A stretch of 64,000 bases of DNA from assembly GCA_002189035.1 (NCBI GenBank), contig CM007989.1, positions 434,001 through 498,000 on the forward strand, in the 5' to 3' direction. Positions 1 to 12,804 of this stretch are shown here, piece by piece. The DNA is from Utricularia gibba. Lineage: Eukaryota > Plantae > Magnoliophyta. Position 1 is the first letter of the stretch. Every line of letters begins with the position of its first letter. The translations under genes were made by a program, and so were the position numbers. The notes below the pieces were generated by a model that was not told where the DNA came from, did no database searches, and saw only the letters and a list, made by a program, of their open reading frames with translations.

Positions 1-1448
1 GGAGGGCCTCATCCAAACAGCGAAAACGTCGGAAGGGCGGTTAGATTTGGCATTCAAACGTATCATTTTGCCAGTCCTCGAACTCTGCCAATCTCCACCT
101 CCTTTTTCTATTGAGCATCTTTCTTTAGCCCTTAAGCTACTTAGGAACCTATGTGCTGGAGAATCTAAAAACCAGAACTTGTTTATCGAACAAAGTGGTG
201 TGAGCGTTCTTTCAAATCTCATCTCGTCGCTTGGCCCAACATTTGCTTTTCAAAATGGTATACTTAATGTGGTCCTGCAAGTGCTGGCAAATGTATCATT
301 AGCTGGACAAAAGCATTGCGAAAGCATATGGCATCACTTCTTTCCTCATGGATTTTTGAATATTGCTAGATTCCGGAGCTGCAAAATTTGTGATCCCTTG
401 AGCATGATTATCTATGTATGTTTGCAATCTCTGGATGAAGGGGTCAGCGAGCTAATGTCAGATCAAGGGAAGCAAATTGTGATAGAAATCATTCAGACTG
501 TTGCAAAAGGTTATACCTTGTCTTCAATATTGATATCATTTTTTACCTTTGAGTTCTAATTACTTTCTTTCTTTTTCAGCTGGTTTTGAAGAGAATTGGG
601 TGAAACTGCTTCTTTCTGGAATTTGCATTGAGAAGAATTTCTTTCAGTCAGTTTTCAATGTATTGTCTGAGGAGAAAATCGATAATTTATCTTCAGCTAA
701 CCATTTTGGGGCCAATCAAGCTGCTTTGATGCGTGTTCTTGCAGAAGCAATAAATGATCATGTTGGAGAAGTTTCGGTTTCTACTGAATTTTCTCTTATG
801 TCTTTCAACGTATTCAGAAAGGCTATTGAGATTGTTAATTTCGGTATGGTGCCAAAGCTGCCTACTCTTCCAACCGCTTCAGCTGATGTTGATGTTCTTG
901 GTTACACCCTCTCCATTTTAAGGGACATTTGCGCTTGTGATTGTTCATCTGCTTCAAATCTTGAGAAACGGAATCCTGTGTCCATACTGGTTTCTGCGGG
1001 GATAGTTAAATTCCTGATAGAATTGCTTCGGGATTTAGGGCCACCAGCAGTTATTAGAAAGGCAACAATGCGTAACTCAGACAACGAGGCAGCATCTCAG
1101 ATGCCCACATTGAAGCATTGTCCTTACAAGGGATTTCGTAGAGATATTGTTGCCATTCTCGGGAACTGTAGCTACCGCTGGGCTCGTGTTCAGGATGAGA
1201 TTAGAGAGCGAGATGGTGTTTTTCTTCTTTTGCAGCAATGCGTCACTGATGAGGAGAATCCTTTCATGAGGGAGTGGGGGATTTGGTCACTAAGAAATAT
1301 TTTGGAAGGCAACACAAAAAACCAGCAATTGGTTGCTGAACTAGAACTACGCCAGGAAGTTGATACGCCTGAAACACGTGAACTTGGGATCAAAGTAGAA
1401 GTTGATCCTAACTCTGGACGTCCTAAGCTTGTGAACTTAACACCGTGA
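1..1448 (+). CDS. ATXN10: Ataxin-10 homolog (ARM-repeat; MEE50-like), 5'-truncated by window edge; intron 510-579
   Basis: The frame is open from base 2 (EGLIQTAKTSEGRLDLAFKR). Motifs LKLLRNLCAGE and LLLQQCVTDEENPFMREWGIWSLRNILEGN are typical of ataxin-10. A 70 bp GT-AG intron joins the two ORFs. Confidence 0.92.
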
Positions 1449-2802
1449 TGGTAAAATTTTCGAGTGTTCGCCTTTTCGCCTCTCGTTTGAGTTTCTTGTG
1501 GTCATCTTATGATTTTCTGGTACTTCTGTAGGAACAAGAATATCATGGATCGAAACGCATGTCCTGACTTAGGGATGCTGGCATTCGGCATTTGTGCTGC
1601 TCGACACCTCACCAATACATGATCGACCGATAAGCACCCTTCGCTTGACGTTAAAATCTAAGCTTGCACCATTCATATTGGATCAATTTTGAGCTGAAGC
1701 TTAAGAAGTTGATAAAACTTCTTGTATGCCGTGTTCCACACAACAGTTCAGATACTGGGGGCAGTATTCAACTCTGGGTCGCAGGCTCCTGGACACCTCT
1801 TACTCTGGTGAAAATCTCATCGTTCAGTTCCTCCTGGGAGATCTAGAAATTCTTGGGAATTTCTCTCTCTTTCTCGTTTTTCGTGTGTATCCTCAGATGT
1901 CTTGTAGCTGCAGTCGCATACTTGAAGTTCGATTATTTGGGATCACAATTATTACATTTATGTTACTAGAATTCATTAATGAGTGGTGCACATATGTTCC
2001 CTTCACTCTTGTTTGCAGGGACTGTAGAGGGTAGACTCTCTGCCCCCCCATTTACTCGCTGTCACCCTAAAGGCATCTTTTTTTGGTGGGGACTAGCTGG
2101 GGCTGAAATACAAAAAGCCAAGGACCTATCCTGGGCCCTTGATTTCACACATCACGTGATCGATGTTAGAAGCTACAGAGGCTTCCTTGACATTTCACGT
2201 AGACATCGCCTACCTGCCTAGTGTGGGGAGGTGAGATGGGTAGTGGGATTTCTCATTTATTACATGAACTTGGGTATGATTAGTTTTTTCATAATGATAG
2301 ATTCTTTGATAGTTTATTAACCGTATGAATTGAGGTTATCATACAACACAGTAAAAGAAGATATCTTGGAGTCACTGGATTGGAGTAAAGGCCAAAGAGC
2401 ACACTCACTCCAACTACCTGGATAATAAGGGATCTCTTTGCTTCTGCACTGGTGACAGGAATGCTGCTGTGTTCTCTCTTTTCGATCTGGGTTGATTCTT
2501 CACTTGCTCCTATGTTTTTGGTTTCTTGAAAAAGGTCAAGGATTTAGAAGATTTGCCTGTTTTTGGTTTCCACATTGTTGTTTCTTGTTAGGAGGTTGCG
2601 GAATACTTGTGGGATCTGCGTTTCTTTTGCTGCAGTTTTACCTTTTTCGCGATTGCAAATCCTTTTCTTTTTTCCCCTCTGTTGTGTATCTGTCTGTGTT
2701 GAGTATAGCTGCCTTGTTTTTCTGTGGGTCTTGCAGCTATCCAAGCAATTTCTGTAGTGGGGGGTCAATGGAATAGGCGGAGCAGGCAGTTAAGAGAAGT
2801 TC

Positions 2803-5800
2803 ATGGAACTCTTGGAGATGAATGGCCGGATATCTCCAGTGAGGGTGTTCTCTGATAAACCCGTTAAAAATGGTTCATTCTCTTTCTCTACTTACACTTG
2901 AGGATCTTTTTGTTAATGCTGCCTTGGAGCTTTTTCGCAATTTCTGCTGCAATTTTTCCGTGTTATCAAAATTTAGATCTGAAACTTAATGTCATATGAA
3001 CAGAATCTGGCTTTTCAAGAAATGTTTCAGATGCTACAAGGGTATGCTCATTAGAACAAAAGCGGGTAAATCAATATGTGCCGAACACTTTATTGTGCAT
3101 TCATTTTGTATTGTCTTGATTTGTTGTCACTTTTCTTGCCTCTGTGATGCTTTTAGATGACGTCTGAGCTGAATAACACTTGCACAACTGCCAAATCATG
3201 TGAAACGCCCGTCAAATTATTGATTGCCCAAGAGATGTCGAAGGAAGTGAAGTTCGCAGGTGGCCAACCAAACGTGGTCGCCAAGTTGATGGGACTTGAT
3301 GTCATTTCTAGAGTGGAGCCTGATTCATCTATGCAAAGAATGTGTGCTAGAAGTCGAAGTTGTTCACAAAATGGAGATGTGAACTGGGCTGATAGAAATA
3401 TGTTCAAGGATGCTCATGAAACAGGTAGACAGTCATGGAACGCACCCTGTAGAAAGGACTGTGAAAAGGTTGAAAAGGATGCACAGATAGCTCTTCTTGG
3501 ACGGAGATTGTCTGAAGCAAAGCGTTTTTCTAAAGATGAAGACCGATGTTTTAAAGAATTTCAAGACGCATTAGAGGTGTTGAGTTCCAATAAAGATGCA
3601 TTCCTCGAGTGTCTTCAGGAACGCACATCAGTATCCTCAGAGCCCCTTGACGGCTGGCATTCTGTTACTCCTTCTGATAAAAGACGAATCACAGTTCTTT
3701 TACCCTCAAAAAATCTGGCGAACCTCAATCCTCAGCTAGCTCTGAATAAGGATGGAAGTGATATGAACAAGGGCGCTATCTTTGGTCAAAAAGGTTCAGC
3801 AACAGCACATCCGGAATCATGCTCGTGTTCCACATGCATGGAGCGTTGTAAGAGCACAACTCAGCGAACCCGAATAGTGGTTCTGAAACCAGGGCCTCAG
3901 AACTTTAGTGTTGATAAGCTCAACGGCCCTCCCCGATTTGATCAATCTAGGCAGTTGTATGAGAAACTCTTCCATGGATGCGTGGAGAATGCCCAGAATC
4001 ATGAACCAAGGGGGACAAAAGTAGCAAGAGAGCATGCAGTTCCAGACCTTGACTGGCTATTCAGAGACCAAGTGTTGATTGCATCTGGCCCTTGCAATAG
4101 TTACACATGCGATGATCCTAATCCCAGGTGTCCAGACAACATGTCACCATTGTCTAGGCACTCATGGGATAATGCTAACAGGATTGGTAGTCCTATATCT
4201 TCTCCCTCGTATGGTCAAATGCCCTATTGTCCAGATTATTCAGATCGCTATGAAGCAAGAAAACGCCTCTCTGAAAGATGGGCTACGAACACGGTGACAT
4301 ATGATGGGACATGCAATGAACGGATGCTTAGTCAGGGAAGCTCCAAGTCATTAGGTGAGATGCTTGCCCTTTCTGAAGCAAGAAATTCAGCTGCTCCTAA
4401 TTCTGAAGAAGGAAATGCTCAGTTACTTCGTAGAACAAAAAGGGAGGGGGCTTCAGACAAGTTTCCCAGAAACCTCATCAGGTCAAATTCCCTCCCTGAA
4501 TCCTTTCCGGGGTTTGGAACTAGGTTGGATGTACGCACGGAGGAAGGAAAGAGAACAAGTGTGAAATTGTCATTCAAGGGGATGCTGTCTAGTTTATTTT
4601 CTTCGAGGAACAGAGGATCTGGTTTGGAGAAAGCCTACACCAAATATGAGAATGTCACTTTCTCCAATGAAGTTGGCTACAAAACCGTGATTAACTCTAC
4701 CAAGCTACACCAACCATTCCCTGCTCAAACTGGCAACAGAAAAATTCTGTCTCCCATGGTAAGATCACAATATTTTTTCATAAACTGAACGGAGCTGTTT
4801 TTAGGAGAGTTGGGTATCTACTCTCTTACTTTGATTTAACGACATTTTTGTGGAAAAAGAAAGGATTGCAAGGAATGCATAGAAACTTTCTGCACTTTGA
4901 GAAAATCAGCACCTTTTTATGATTTACTTCCTTCATCTCCATTTGTTATATAATGTTTTCATCAACTTCAGCCGTACGGAGGCCCTGTGGACAACCAGAA
5001 CCGGCCATGTCCAGTATTATTGGTTCCACATGTTGTAGATGAATGTATGGCTAGAGGTCTTCCCCAGAATTTAAAGCCAAATCAAAGATGTGCGAGTCCT
5101 GTCACCTAAGCCTTCTCATGTACAATACAGTATGCTTGGTATTTTCAATCATTATATAACATAGCTACTTTGTTTTCAGGTGCTAAGCTGTCTCCAAATT
5201 CTTGTGAATCCAACTTGATTGGAAAATCACCAGCAATTGGAACGGTTCCTCGCACCATTTCATGCAATGATCTACCCGCGGACACCACTTCGGCTCACCC
5301 TGCAACACGCCCCTTTGCAACTCCAAAAAGTAATGTGGTGCCTGACTGGATGATGCACGCCAAAACACTGCTGTCCGTTTCTGGTCTGCAGGATGTAGCA
5401 CTATCCAGCTACAATACTGAAAGCTGGCACTCACTTGAGAGTCCTTTGGACCCATCCCTCAGGGACAGGTATGTCGATCTCAGTGACAAGGAGACCCTCC
5501 ATGAGGCCAACAGAAGGCGAAGCCGTTCAACCAGAAACCTCGTGTATGATTGCGTAAACACAGCATTGATGCAGATCACCGGAACTTGGTTGGATTACTC
5601 CTCCAGTCGGGATAACACAGAAAGGCAGTCCCCTTTAGTGGACAAAGTTCTGGCCCTCATCGATGCATGGTGCTGTGGTGAAGCGCTGTGGCTGTCAGAT
5701 GAGGGTGTGGCGATGGACAATGTGGTGCAGGAGGAGGTTGTGGGATGGTGGTGGATGGATCAGTTGAAAACGCAGATGAACGATGTGAACATGAAGATTG

Positions 5801-5865
5801 CAGGGAGCTTAATGGAGAACCTCATGCATGATATGGTGGTTGACTTGGCAGGTGGAACTGACTGA
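2803..5865 (+). CDS. TON1-recruiting motif (TRM)/LONGIFOLIA-type protein, DUF3741 + DUF4378; exons ~2803-2872, 3004-3041, 3157-4758, 4972-5089, 5180-5865
   Basis: VVAKLMGLD (M1-type) motif, RITVLLP and RIVVLKP motifs, SKSLGEMLALSE, and C-terminal RNLVYDCVNTAL...MENLMHDMVVDL. Splice phases are consistent. Confidence 0.85.
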
Positions 5866-6092
5866 CACCATGGCCATGGGTGCTTTTTTCTCTTCTTAGT
5901 ATTCAATCCCCATTCTAAACTCTGGTAAAAATGCTGAATAAATCTGGCTGGGGATTACCCAGTTCGACTCATCCAATGCGAAGGGCTGCTGAGACTTGCT
6001 GCTTTTCAGCAGTGGCCCTGCTCTTCTTGCTGTGTGTTCCGGTTGGATGGGGCAAACGAGGATGGCGATGAAGACGAAGGCGTTTATGTTAC

Positions 6093-6121
6093 TGGGCCTA
6101 ATGGGCCCTGTAGATGGGCTT
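6093..6121. promoter_or_regulatory. Cluster of site II-like (TGGGCY) motifs
   Basis: tgggcc, tgggcc and tgggct occur within 30 bp; no recognised target gene is adjacent. Confidence 0.3.
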
Positions 6122-7843
6122 TCGTCCCACGAACTGGCTGAACTTGTTTTATTCTGCATGGAGAGCCTGGGGACTGGAAACCTTGCTTGCCAAGAGGTCT
6201 TGGATCAGATGTTTTGCAGGTTGAACTACTCTCTGCATTCCCCAGCTGAAGCTTCCATGTGCTCTGGAAGCCCGCCCCCCGGCCCCCACCAACAGTAGAA
6301 GCAAGGTGCCGCCTCATCAGAAGTCAGTCAGGAATGGAGACACGAGAAAAGGATTATTCCCACGTTTCCCATTATTTAATCAGCCTTATCTCCAATCTGA
6401 TAAGGTACTGGAATTAACTTTTTCTTCTCTCTTACCCTTCTGCGCTCTGCCTCCCTCCCTGCCTGCTTTTTTTTTTCTTTTTTTTTACCTGTGTGTGTTG
6501 GGGAGGGGACGCGTCCGCGTCCGCCTGCCCGCCGCAGTTTCGGCCAATCAGATCCCATTGTCATTATGATGACTTCACTCGGTCCATTCTGCACACTCCA
6601 CGTCGCACCCTGCACGGAGCCAATCACAAGCATCTCCGCGCCGCGCCCGCCCACTTGAGCCACGGACGCGACGCGGACAAAAGCAAAATATTCGTCCTTT
6701 CCGGCACTCACTAACCAATTGCTACTAAGAGAGGTAAGTGGTCTTGGCTTTCATAACATTTTAATTTTTTTTATTCTTTTATATTGAGTTTCAAGTTTTG
6801 TCCCTAATAAGAATCAACTTTGGTATTGTTTAGTTGATGAGATCATGTGGGTTTCATTTAACGAGTTTAAATAAACACATGATTATGTGAGTTTTTTTAA
6901 TTTTGTTTTATTTAAAACAATCTCTTTCTTTATTTTGCTTACTACCACTTAATCTCATTTTTAATTCTTTTAATTAAACATTATCTAAAAAACTAATTCA
7001 TCTCCAATATCTTTATTTAAAACTAATTAAGCTCAATTATTTTTATTTAATGTTCATTAACCTAATATTTACTTCATATTTTAGATGCTTTTTTATCTTT
7101 TCTCATCTAAAATTAATTTTTATTATCATAAATATGGAATGTAAAACTTATTCCATAACTATTTTCTGCAGCTGTTATCATCTAAGACTATGTCTTACAA
7201 AATAAATACTTTTAAATTAAAAATATATTTAGTCACAAGTTATTAAAAATTCCAAAAATTTAGAAGTAGTTTATTTATGTATTTAGGTCATGTATATATT
7301 ATAATATTGAATAGGTGTTGGAAGATGGGGGCATTAATAGATTCGTTATCTTGAGTGTATTTTAATGGAAGGAGCGGAGATGGGGAATGAGGACAATTCC
7401 TCGCCCATTCGAAATTTTGTACTTGAGCTACACCAAACGCACGACGACAAGAATGCGATGGGAAATGGAATCGGTTTCTCTTCTCTTCTCAGGGCTGGCC
7501 AATCGGGGGAGAGGCTGACGCACCGCGCCACTGGGGCTGGGCGGTGAGCAGACACACCGAGGAGGAGGATTTCTTTTAATCTTCCTGTCAATCCTCTTCG
7601 GATTCAAAACCTAACCTCATTCTTGTGGTGTGGTGCGGGCCCTTGTTTTCTAGAGCTCTCTTGTACTTTTGCTGGATTGGATTTCTGTCCCCTTTGCTCC
7701 AGCAGTGCTCCACTTCATCGGGTATTATATTCTGTAGCTTTCCTGATCTGGGAGAGAGGTACCCGTTTTGGGTCAGATTTTGTTGCTATGAGTGAAGTCG
7801 GGGAGAGTCCGTGCTTGTGCGGGGAGGCGGGGGCGGTGGGGGG

Positions 7844-9960
7844 ATGGCGGCGGATCAGATCGAGGGTTTGTGGGATAACGATATCCTGTCTGTGGACGGC
7901 GCTTCCTTTTTCTACGACGCCACGTTCCCACCTCTGCCGGAGTTTCCTTGCATGTCTTCCTCCTCCTCCTCCTCCTCACCGCCGGCACAGGCGCCTCACA
8001 AATCGGCTGGGCCTTCCTCGTCCTACTCCTCCGCCGCCTCCTCCTCATCCCCAGCCTCATGGGTATTGTTGAAGTCCGACCCGGAAGAGGTATCCGGGCA
8101 AACTGCGAATCTCGGCATCCCTCCGCTTCCGCCGCCGCCACCAGAAAGTATCGGGTATATGGAGTGTAATGAAATGTGGGACCCTTCATCTGTTTTCCAG
8201 AACGAGAATTTTCAGGAGCTGATTGAGGAAAGGGAGCCGGAAACAAGAATGAATTACGAGGACAAGAACGAAGGCCTAAGTTTCCTGAACGGAAACTCCG
8301 AGCTCGCTATGATTTTCTTGGACTGGTTGAAGCAGAACAAGGATTATATTTCAGCGGAGGACATGAGAAGCATCAAACTCAAGAGATCCACAATCGAATC
8401 CGCTTCCAGGCGCTTGGGTAGCGACAAAGAAGGTAAAAAACAGCTTCTCAAACTCATTCTAGAATGGGTTGAGCGCCACCAGCTCCAGAAGAAACGAACC
8501 ACTGTCGGTGAAACGTCCCAAGATTTCAACTTTATTCAAAACCCTGATTTTCCATATCCCGATCCCAAACCCTATTTCGCTCCGGTGCATGTGCCGCCAC
8601 CGCTGCCGCAGCCAATGATCATGCCGCCGTTGATGGCTCCTGGGTTTAACGCTGATCCGTACATGGATTATCAACAAGTGATTGATAGCTCGCCGCCCGT
8701 GTGGCAGATGGCGCCCCAATTCGGCACTTTCCCGGAGAATTGCAACTTTATCGGCAATCAACAAGGCTTGTATGGTCGTAATCCCTACCACCAAGTGGCC
8801 GATGGTGCAAATTTTGAGGGATTGGCGAGATTAGGGTCCTCGGCGACGAAGGAGGCTCGGAAGAAAAGAATGGCTAGACAAAGGAAGGTGCACTCGCATG
8901 GCCACCGTTACACTGATGGGTCAAACCAGCAGCCGCTCCAATTGAGTGATCATCCCCTTGTGCAAGGTGAGGGTGAAGTTAGTGATCTGTCTGGCAACTG
9001 GGTTTACTGGCCTACTGGAAACTCTCCCGATCCGGCAACTGCGATCGGATGCACCCCATGTGATCCGATGTCATCCAGTGATCGTGGCGGTGATCAGTCC
9101 TCCGGCGACCGCGCATTGCAGCAGGTTTGATTTTTCTTTTTCTTTTTTTTGTTACCCTAAAGGGTATTTCAAACTCAATACGTTAACCATGTCACCGAAC
9201 TTGTTCCAGGGATGGAAAACGGAGAAGAATCTGAAGTTTTTGCTGCAGAAGGTGTTGAAGCAAAGTGATGTGGGTAGTCTTGGGAGAATTGTGTTACCAA
9301 AGGTAATTCTTTGATTTCGTTTTATGCCCTATTGCAGTTGCGGAAACGACGATTTGAGTTTATCTATTTGAAAATGTGATGCTAGAGAGAAGCTGAAAGC
9401 CATCTCCCTGAACTCGAATCGAGAGACGGAATCTCCATTGCAATGGAAGACATTGGAACTTCTCGCGTTTGGAACATGCGTTACCGGTATCTACTTCATC
9501 ATCGTCCTACCACACGAATACGCGTCTTAGTTTCAGTTCAAAAATGTTTCAAAAGCGAGCCTGAAAATGCTGTAATGGGTTTCAGGTTTTGGCCGAACAA
9601 CAAGAGCCGAATGTATCTATTGGAGAACACAGGTATGCACACGCAATGATCTCCTTCTATAGATGTGTGTGTGTGTGTGGTTTGGATGGATTAAACTGTA
9701 TTACTGATTCTCTATCTGTAGGCGACTTTGTGAGGATGAATGGACTGCAGGAAGGAGATTTCATAGTAATCTACTCGGACACTAAATGCGGCAAATACGT
9801 AAGTACCATTTTCCTATTTTGACTTCGATTCTGTTGCATCAGCAGCATCCCGTATCCTTATATATTCCCTGTGCAGATGATCCGAGGGGTGAAAGTCCGG
9901 CAGCCGGGGGTGAAAACGGAAGCCAAGAAACCTGCCAGGAAGAACTGCCGCAACCGGTGA
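7844..9960 (+). CDS. ABI3: ABI3/VP1 B3-domain transcription factor; exons 7844-9124, 9210-9302, 9386-~9486, 9586-9632, 9722-9799, 9877-9960 (true start possibly 7788)
   Basis: A-domain [16 protein letters not shown]1 [31 protein letters not shown]2 [14 protein letters not shown], and B3 [21 protein letters not shown]...[15 protein letters not shown] split by the five typical introns. Confidence 0.97.
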
Positions 9961-12034
9961 TAGTGCGGCACGACAGCTGCATCCTTGTGTGTGTGTACAA
10001 GGCTGGTTAAGCTTGTAAAATGTGTGATTAGGAATTGTGAGACTGGATGATAAGGGGAGCAGCAGCTCCTCCCTCTGAACCACTCACTGTGTGCCCGCCC
10101 GTATTGTGCTGTGGGGATGTCACCGTATGTATGTGTTGGCTGTTGTGTTCCCGTAGCCCCCAGCCCTTGCCTCGTGTAGCTGCTGAACCAGGCTTCTTCA
10201 TAAGTGTATCATCATCGTTTCCCAGAGTAAAACACCCTCATCTTCCATGAACTTGCACCTTCACTATCAGGTGTGACCTGCTTTTCCCATCACCCTTCAT
10301 TCTGCTCTCACCCTAATGAAATGAAACCCCTTTTAAGTTCTCTGTGCAAGAAAAAGCACTGCTCTCACGATTAGGGTTTAGCCTGAAACTCCAGAAATGG
10401 GGTATCTGGAAATGAAATCTGCAAGGCTTCTTGGTACACGAAAGACCCCAATGGTTGGGGTCACTTTGTCAACACGCGAAACCTCAGGTGAATTATTCGA
10501 AATTACAAGGGTTGAAATCTATAATTTCTGTTTTCCAGGGGTCAATGTGCATGATCCTCAAAGTATGGCCATGCTTTTTTTTTTTCAAGAAAAAAAAAAA
10601 TTAATAATCTTCCCCCAGCAGGCGTACATATCATCATGCTGCTCCTTCCAGAATCTGCAATACGAAATTAGGGCTTCTTCCGTGGAATCGGGTCGGGTCA
10701 AAATAGAGGGTTACAGTTAGTGGTGGACCGGGCGGTCGGAAATGAATGGCATGGTGCACCACCTCAGGAATGGACCGCGAAGTCGGGAAGAACAGTGACC
10801 GGCCGGTCGGTGCGTCCACTTAAGGAAACTTCAACCTCACTCGAGACACATCCTCAATCATCCTCACACAAAAGTCTCTTTTTATTATCCTTCTCGAAAA
10901 GTGATTTTTTAAGTGCTTCATATTTAATAATCAAATATTTTTGAAATATTTTTTCAGAAGTTACTCAAAATAGATCTAAATATAACAGATAGTCTTTTTT
11001 TTTTTGAGGAATTGTTAAATAAATTAGAATTTATGAGTTATAATGAATACGAATAAATATCTAATTCATTAAATATTTTAAAAAATGGTATATTATGTCT
11101 CAAATTTTATGTAGAGAATTTACTATGTATGATATGAGTAATTGAGAAATATGATCATCTAGGTTAGATTAGGCGGGACTACCCGTTGAGTTTAAACATG
11201 TCAATAATTGAAGGAGAATAAACTTACGAGGATTCTCTTAGTAACGACAAGCGGATCCAGGAATAACCCAACTTGAGAATCATACGACTCCGTCTCTCGA
11301 ATTGTAGTATGTAGAAGTGTGTTGGAGCAGGGCTAAGTCAATATGTGTGTAAAAAAACGAACTATCTTTTTAATTTAATGTATAAAATAGAAAATGAAAA
11401 TGAAAATGATCGAATTTGTAAATGATAGTGGAGAATCTTGGCACTACACATGGAGTTTGGGGTGGGGCATCTTGGTGTAGCTCTCTCCCTGGACAAAATT
11501 ATGCGTTTCTTAATGGAGTTGCAAAGGCAGCGTCGGGAGAGGGCGGGCGGGTAGAGTGTCTTGTTCAGGTCCATGCATCGTATTAACTCCGGCGCCGTAC
11601 AAATGCGAGGGGGAGGACATGCCGACATGCGGCACCAGTTCCACTGACGCCCACCGCATGTCGTGTATCCATTTGCGCGCAACTGTCCGAAGATGCTTAC
11701 CCACCAAGCAAAGATTTGGGAAGAAGCTGTGGCCTTTTTTGTGCCATCTCCACTCCATCTTGCTGCAACGGTGTGTGTGTGTGTGTGTGTTTCCATCTGG
11801 GGATTCCGATTCTGCGGATTATTCTGGACTGGTTTGCCAAGGGGTCCTTCCACGTTTCACAGTTACCACGTAATTGATTAGCCGAAAACGAGATTAAAAG
11901 GGATGGCTTTATTCTATCTCTGTAACCGACTCAACTATAAAGATAACTACCGCTCTTCAGCTGCTCTGCAAATCATCTGCCTAACCTCTTCTGGCTTTTT
12001 GTCCTACGTGCATCACGTTCGGTTCCAGAGTAGC

Positions 12035-12804
12035 ATGCAGGTTTGTTCCTTGCTTCCTGTGTTGAATCATTCATAGCTCTGGTTCCTCACTTCCTTGTGT
12101 TTGTTTGTTTCGCAGCACCTTCAGGAGTGGTTTGGTGGGAAGGGCGAGGCGCATTCTCGAGGTGAGACAGCATAGCGATTTCGCAGGGCCCCTTCATTCT
12201 GCTCATTTTATTGTTATTGTTGTCGTCTTTCAGAGAAGCTGAAAGGGAAGCCGGGTGTAGGGAGAAGCGACGTCAACTGCGAGAGCCTGTACTTGCTCAG
12301 AAGAAGACACGGGTCCAAGGTCAAGGATAAGCAAAAAGGAGAGGATGATTCAGGATCCAATCATGCAGGAAAGAAGGTTCTCCCTGTAACTGTGGCTGAT
12401 CCATCTTCCACTGCTGCTAACAAGGGAGAGCTGGGGAGAGGGAAACCGATCTGGCGGATGAAGAAGCTCTTCAAATGGGCTTCAGATGCCGCCCCAAAGG
12501 TGAGATACGGCACATCTTTCTCACCATCATCATCATCATCATGTTATCTGACGCAGCAGCCTCTGAACAGGAGCAGCGCCCACAGAACAAGACCGCTGCT
12601 GGTGCACAAGCGTTCCCCGACTCCCCGAAGATCAGTCTGCAACTGGAGAGGGATCAGGCCGACAGCCTTCGAGGAAACTGGATCACCACCGACTCTCAAT
12701 GTACGCACCCCATACCAAACCACCATCATATTATAAGCACACCGACATTCTTTTACAGATCGCTTTGGTGTTCCTTCTTCGCAGATGTCGTCCTGGAGCT
12801 GTGA
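12035..12804 (+). CDS. LAZY/IGT-like protein with C-terminal CCL motif (GNWITTDSQYVVLEL); exons 12035-12040, 12116-12161, 12234-12499, 12571-12700, 12785-12804
   Basis: Micro first exon ATGCAG|GT. Manual splicing gives MQHLQEWF...GKKVLPVT...IWRMKKLFKWA...DSPKIS...RGNWITTDSQYVVLEL*, with all introns GT-AG and in phase. Confidence 0.75.

Noticed and set aside
2140-2221. IDVRSYRGF...RHRLP resembling ribosomal protein S13
   Set aside because: The similarity is limited to a few residues; the conserved GLPVRGQRT motif is absent.
10186-10200. gaaccaggcttc resembling miR166
   Set aside because: Only a partial match, with no fold-back partner.
10371-10381. ttagggtttag (minus strand CTAAACCCTAA, 1.5 telomere repeats) as a telomerase RNA template
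   Set aside because: No USE (TCCCACATCG)/TATA Pol III promoter upstream, and a T5 run follows ~15 nt downstream of the template, which would terminate Pol III. An ordinary telo-box is more likely.
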